A DNA stretch of 63,691 bases, counting the filler, from Octopus bimaculoides (Eukaryota), in assembly GCF_001194135.2 (NCBI RefSeq). It is 5 parts of 5 records of this genome, joined end to end, with 100 filler letters (N's around TTAATTAATTAA, not from the genome) between each part and the next. Parts side by side here need not be neighbours in the genome. Positions count along the whole stretch, not along the records: positions 57,065 to 63,691 come from NC_068997.1; 4 more parts are not named here. The stretch is one strand, 5' to 3'. Made by a program: the position numbers and the translations under genes. The notes beneath the pieces are model-generated. The model ran no database searches and was not told where the DNA came from. It saw nothing but the letters and a program-made list of their open reading frames with translations. Within the stretch, counting starts at the first letter, position 1; each line of letters starts with the position of its first letter. Positions 62,878 through 63,691 of this stretch are shown one piece after another.

Positions 62878-63105
62878 TCTATTTGTTCTTTGACTTGTTT
62901 CAGTCATCGGACTACGGCCATGCTGGGGCACCGCCTTGGAAGGTTTTAGTCGAACAAATCGATCGCAGTTGTAATTCAAGTCTGGTACTCGTCCTATCGG
63001 TCCTTTTCGGCGAAACGCTAATTTACGGGAAGGTAAATAAACCGACACCGGTTGTGAGGCGGTGGAGAGGGCACAAGCACAAACACACACACACATACAC
63101 ACATG
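62878..63105 (-). mobile_element. SINE family B, 3' half
   Basis: TGTTTCAGTCAT...CATGCTGGGGCACCGCC...GTACT...TATCGG. Confidence 0.8.
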
Positions 63106-63474
63106 TGGGGGGGGTTGAGGTGGAGGTGGGGGTGTTCCCCTAAAATCCTTCAAAGCATCGGCAGCAATCCGATGACACAAACAATTAGAAGAAAAGACCG
63201 AGACACCGAGTGTCGCATACGTTGCCAAATCGGAAAATATCAATTATTTAGTAAATGTGGATATATATATAAAAATAGGTGAGTTAGTGTTGATATGTAT
63301 GTAATGAAAGCATCATTATAAACCTAATTAGGAAATGACCGTTGTATGAGCCTCGATTAGTTCTCTAAATTGACAAACTGAGTTAATTATTGTAAAAACA
63401 AAGTATATAAGATAATTACATTTTCTCTCTTTCTTTTGTCCTTCTATATATCAATATATATATTCTTTTATTCC

Positions 63475-63691
63475 TTTATTCCTTTATTTGTTTCAGTCAT
63501 TCGACTGCGGCCATGCTGGGGCACCGCCTTTAGTCGAGCAAATCGACCCCAGGATTTATTCTTTGTAAGCCTAGTACTTATTCTATCGTAGTCTCTTGCC
63601 GAACCGCTAAGTAAAAACACACCAGCATTGGTTGTCAGGTGATGGTGGGGGGACAAACACAGACACACAAACGTATACATATATACATACA
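63475..63691 (-). mobile_element. SINE family B, 3' half, running off the window end
   Basis: Close match to the family 3' half, up to the internal microsatellite. Confidence 0.88.

Noticed and set aside
63105-63135. G-rich stretch as a G-quadruplex (also 44521-44537)
   Set aside because: G-runs are irregular or too few, and there is no functional context.

Overview
AT-rich, repeat-saturated animal genomic DNA from a gapped short-read-type assembly. The SINE and RTE families and the microsatellite density look like Octopus (coleoid cephalopod); this is recognition from memory, not a database result. Four identical artificial 100-bp linkers (N44-TTAATTAATTAA-N44) split the window into five separately assembled pieces. 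No complete host gene is identifiable, and almost all listed ORFs are microsatellite or N-gap artefacts. The real coding signal is transposon-derived: four mariner transposase relics plus a mariner MITE, a FLYWCH/MULE-like element, Penelope-like (PLE) fragments including an open GIY-YIG domain, an L1/Tx1-type RT fragment, and many RTE 3' ends. At least four tRNA-head SINE families are present. There are a few low-confidence minus-strand exon candidates in the first 17 kb. The best leads are: PLE-associated minimal hammerhead ribozyme motifs (one with an intact core inside an inverted-end PLE); a sharp CpG-depletion boundary at the 27.4 kb join; an apparent allelic bubble around the L1 fragment; and close inverted repeat pairs that could form ADAR substrates. 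I did not find convincing evidence of a wholly new biological system.
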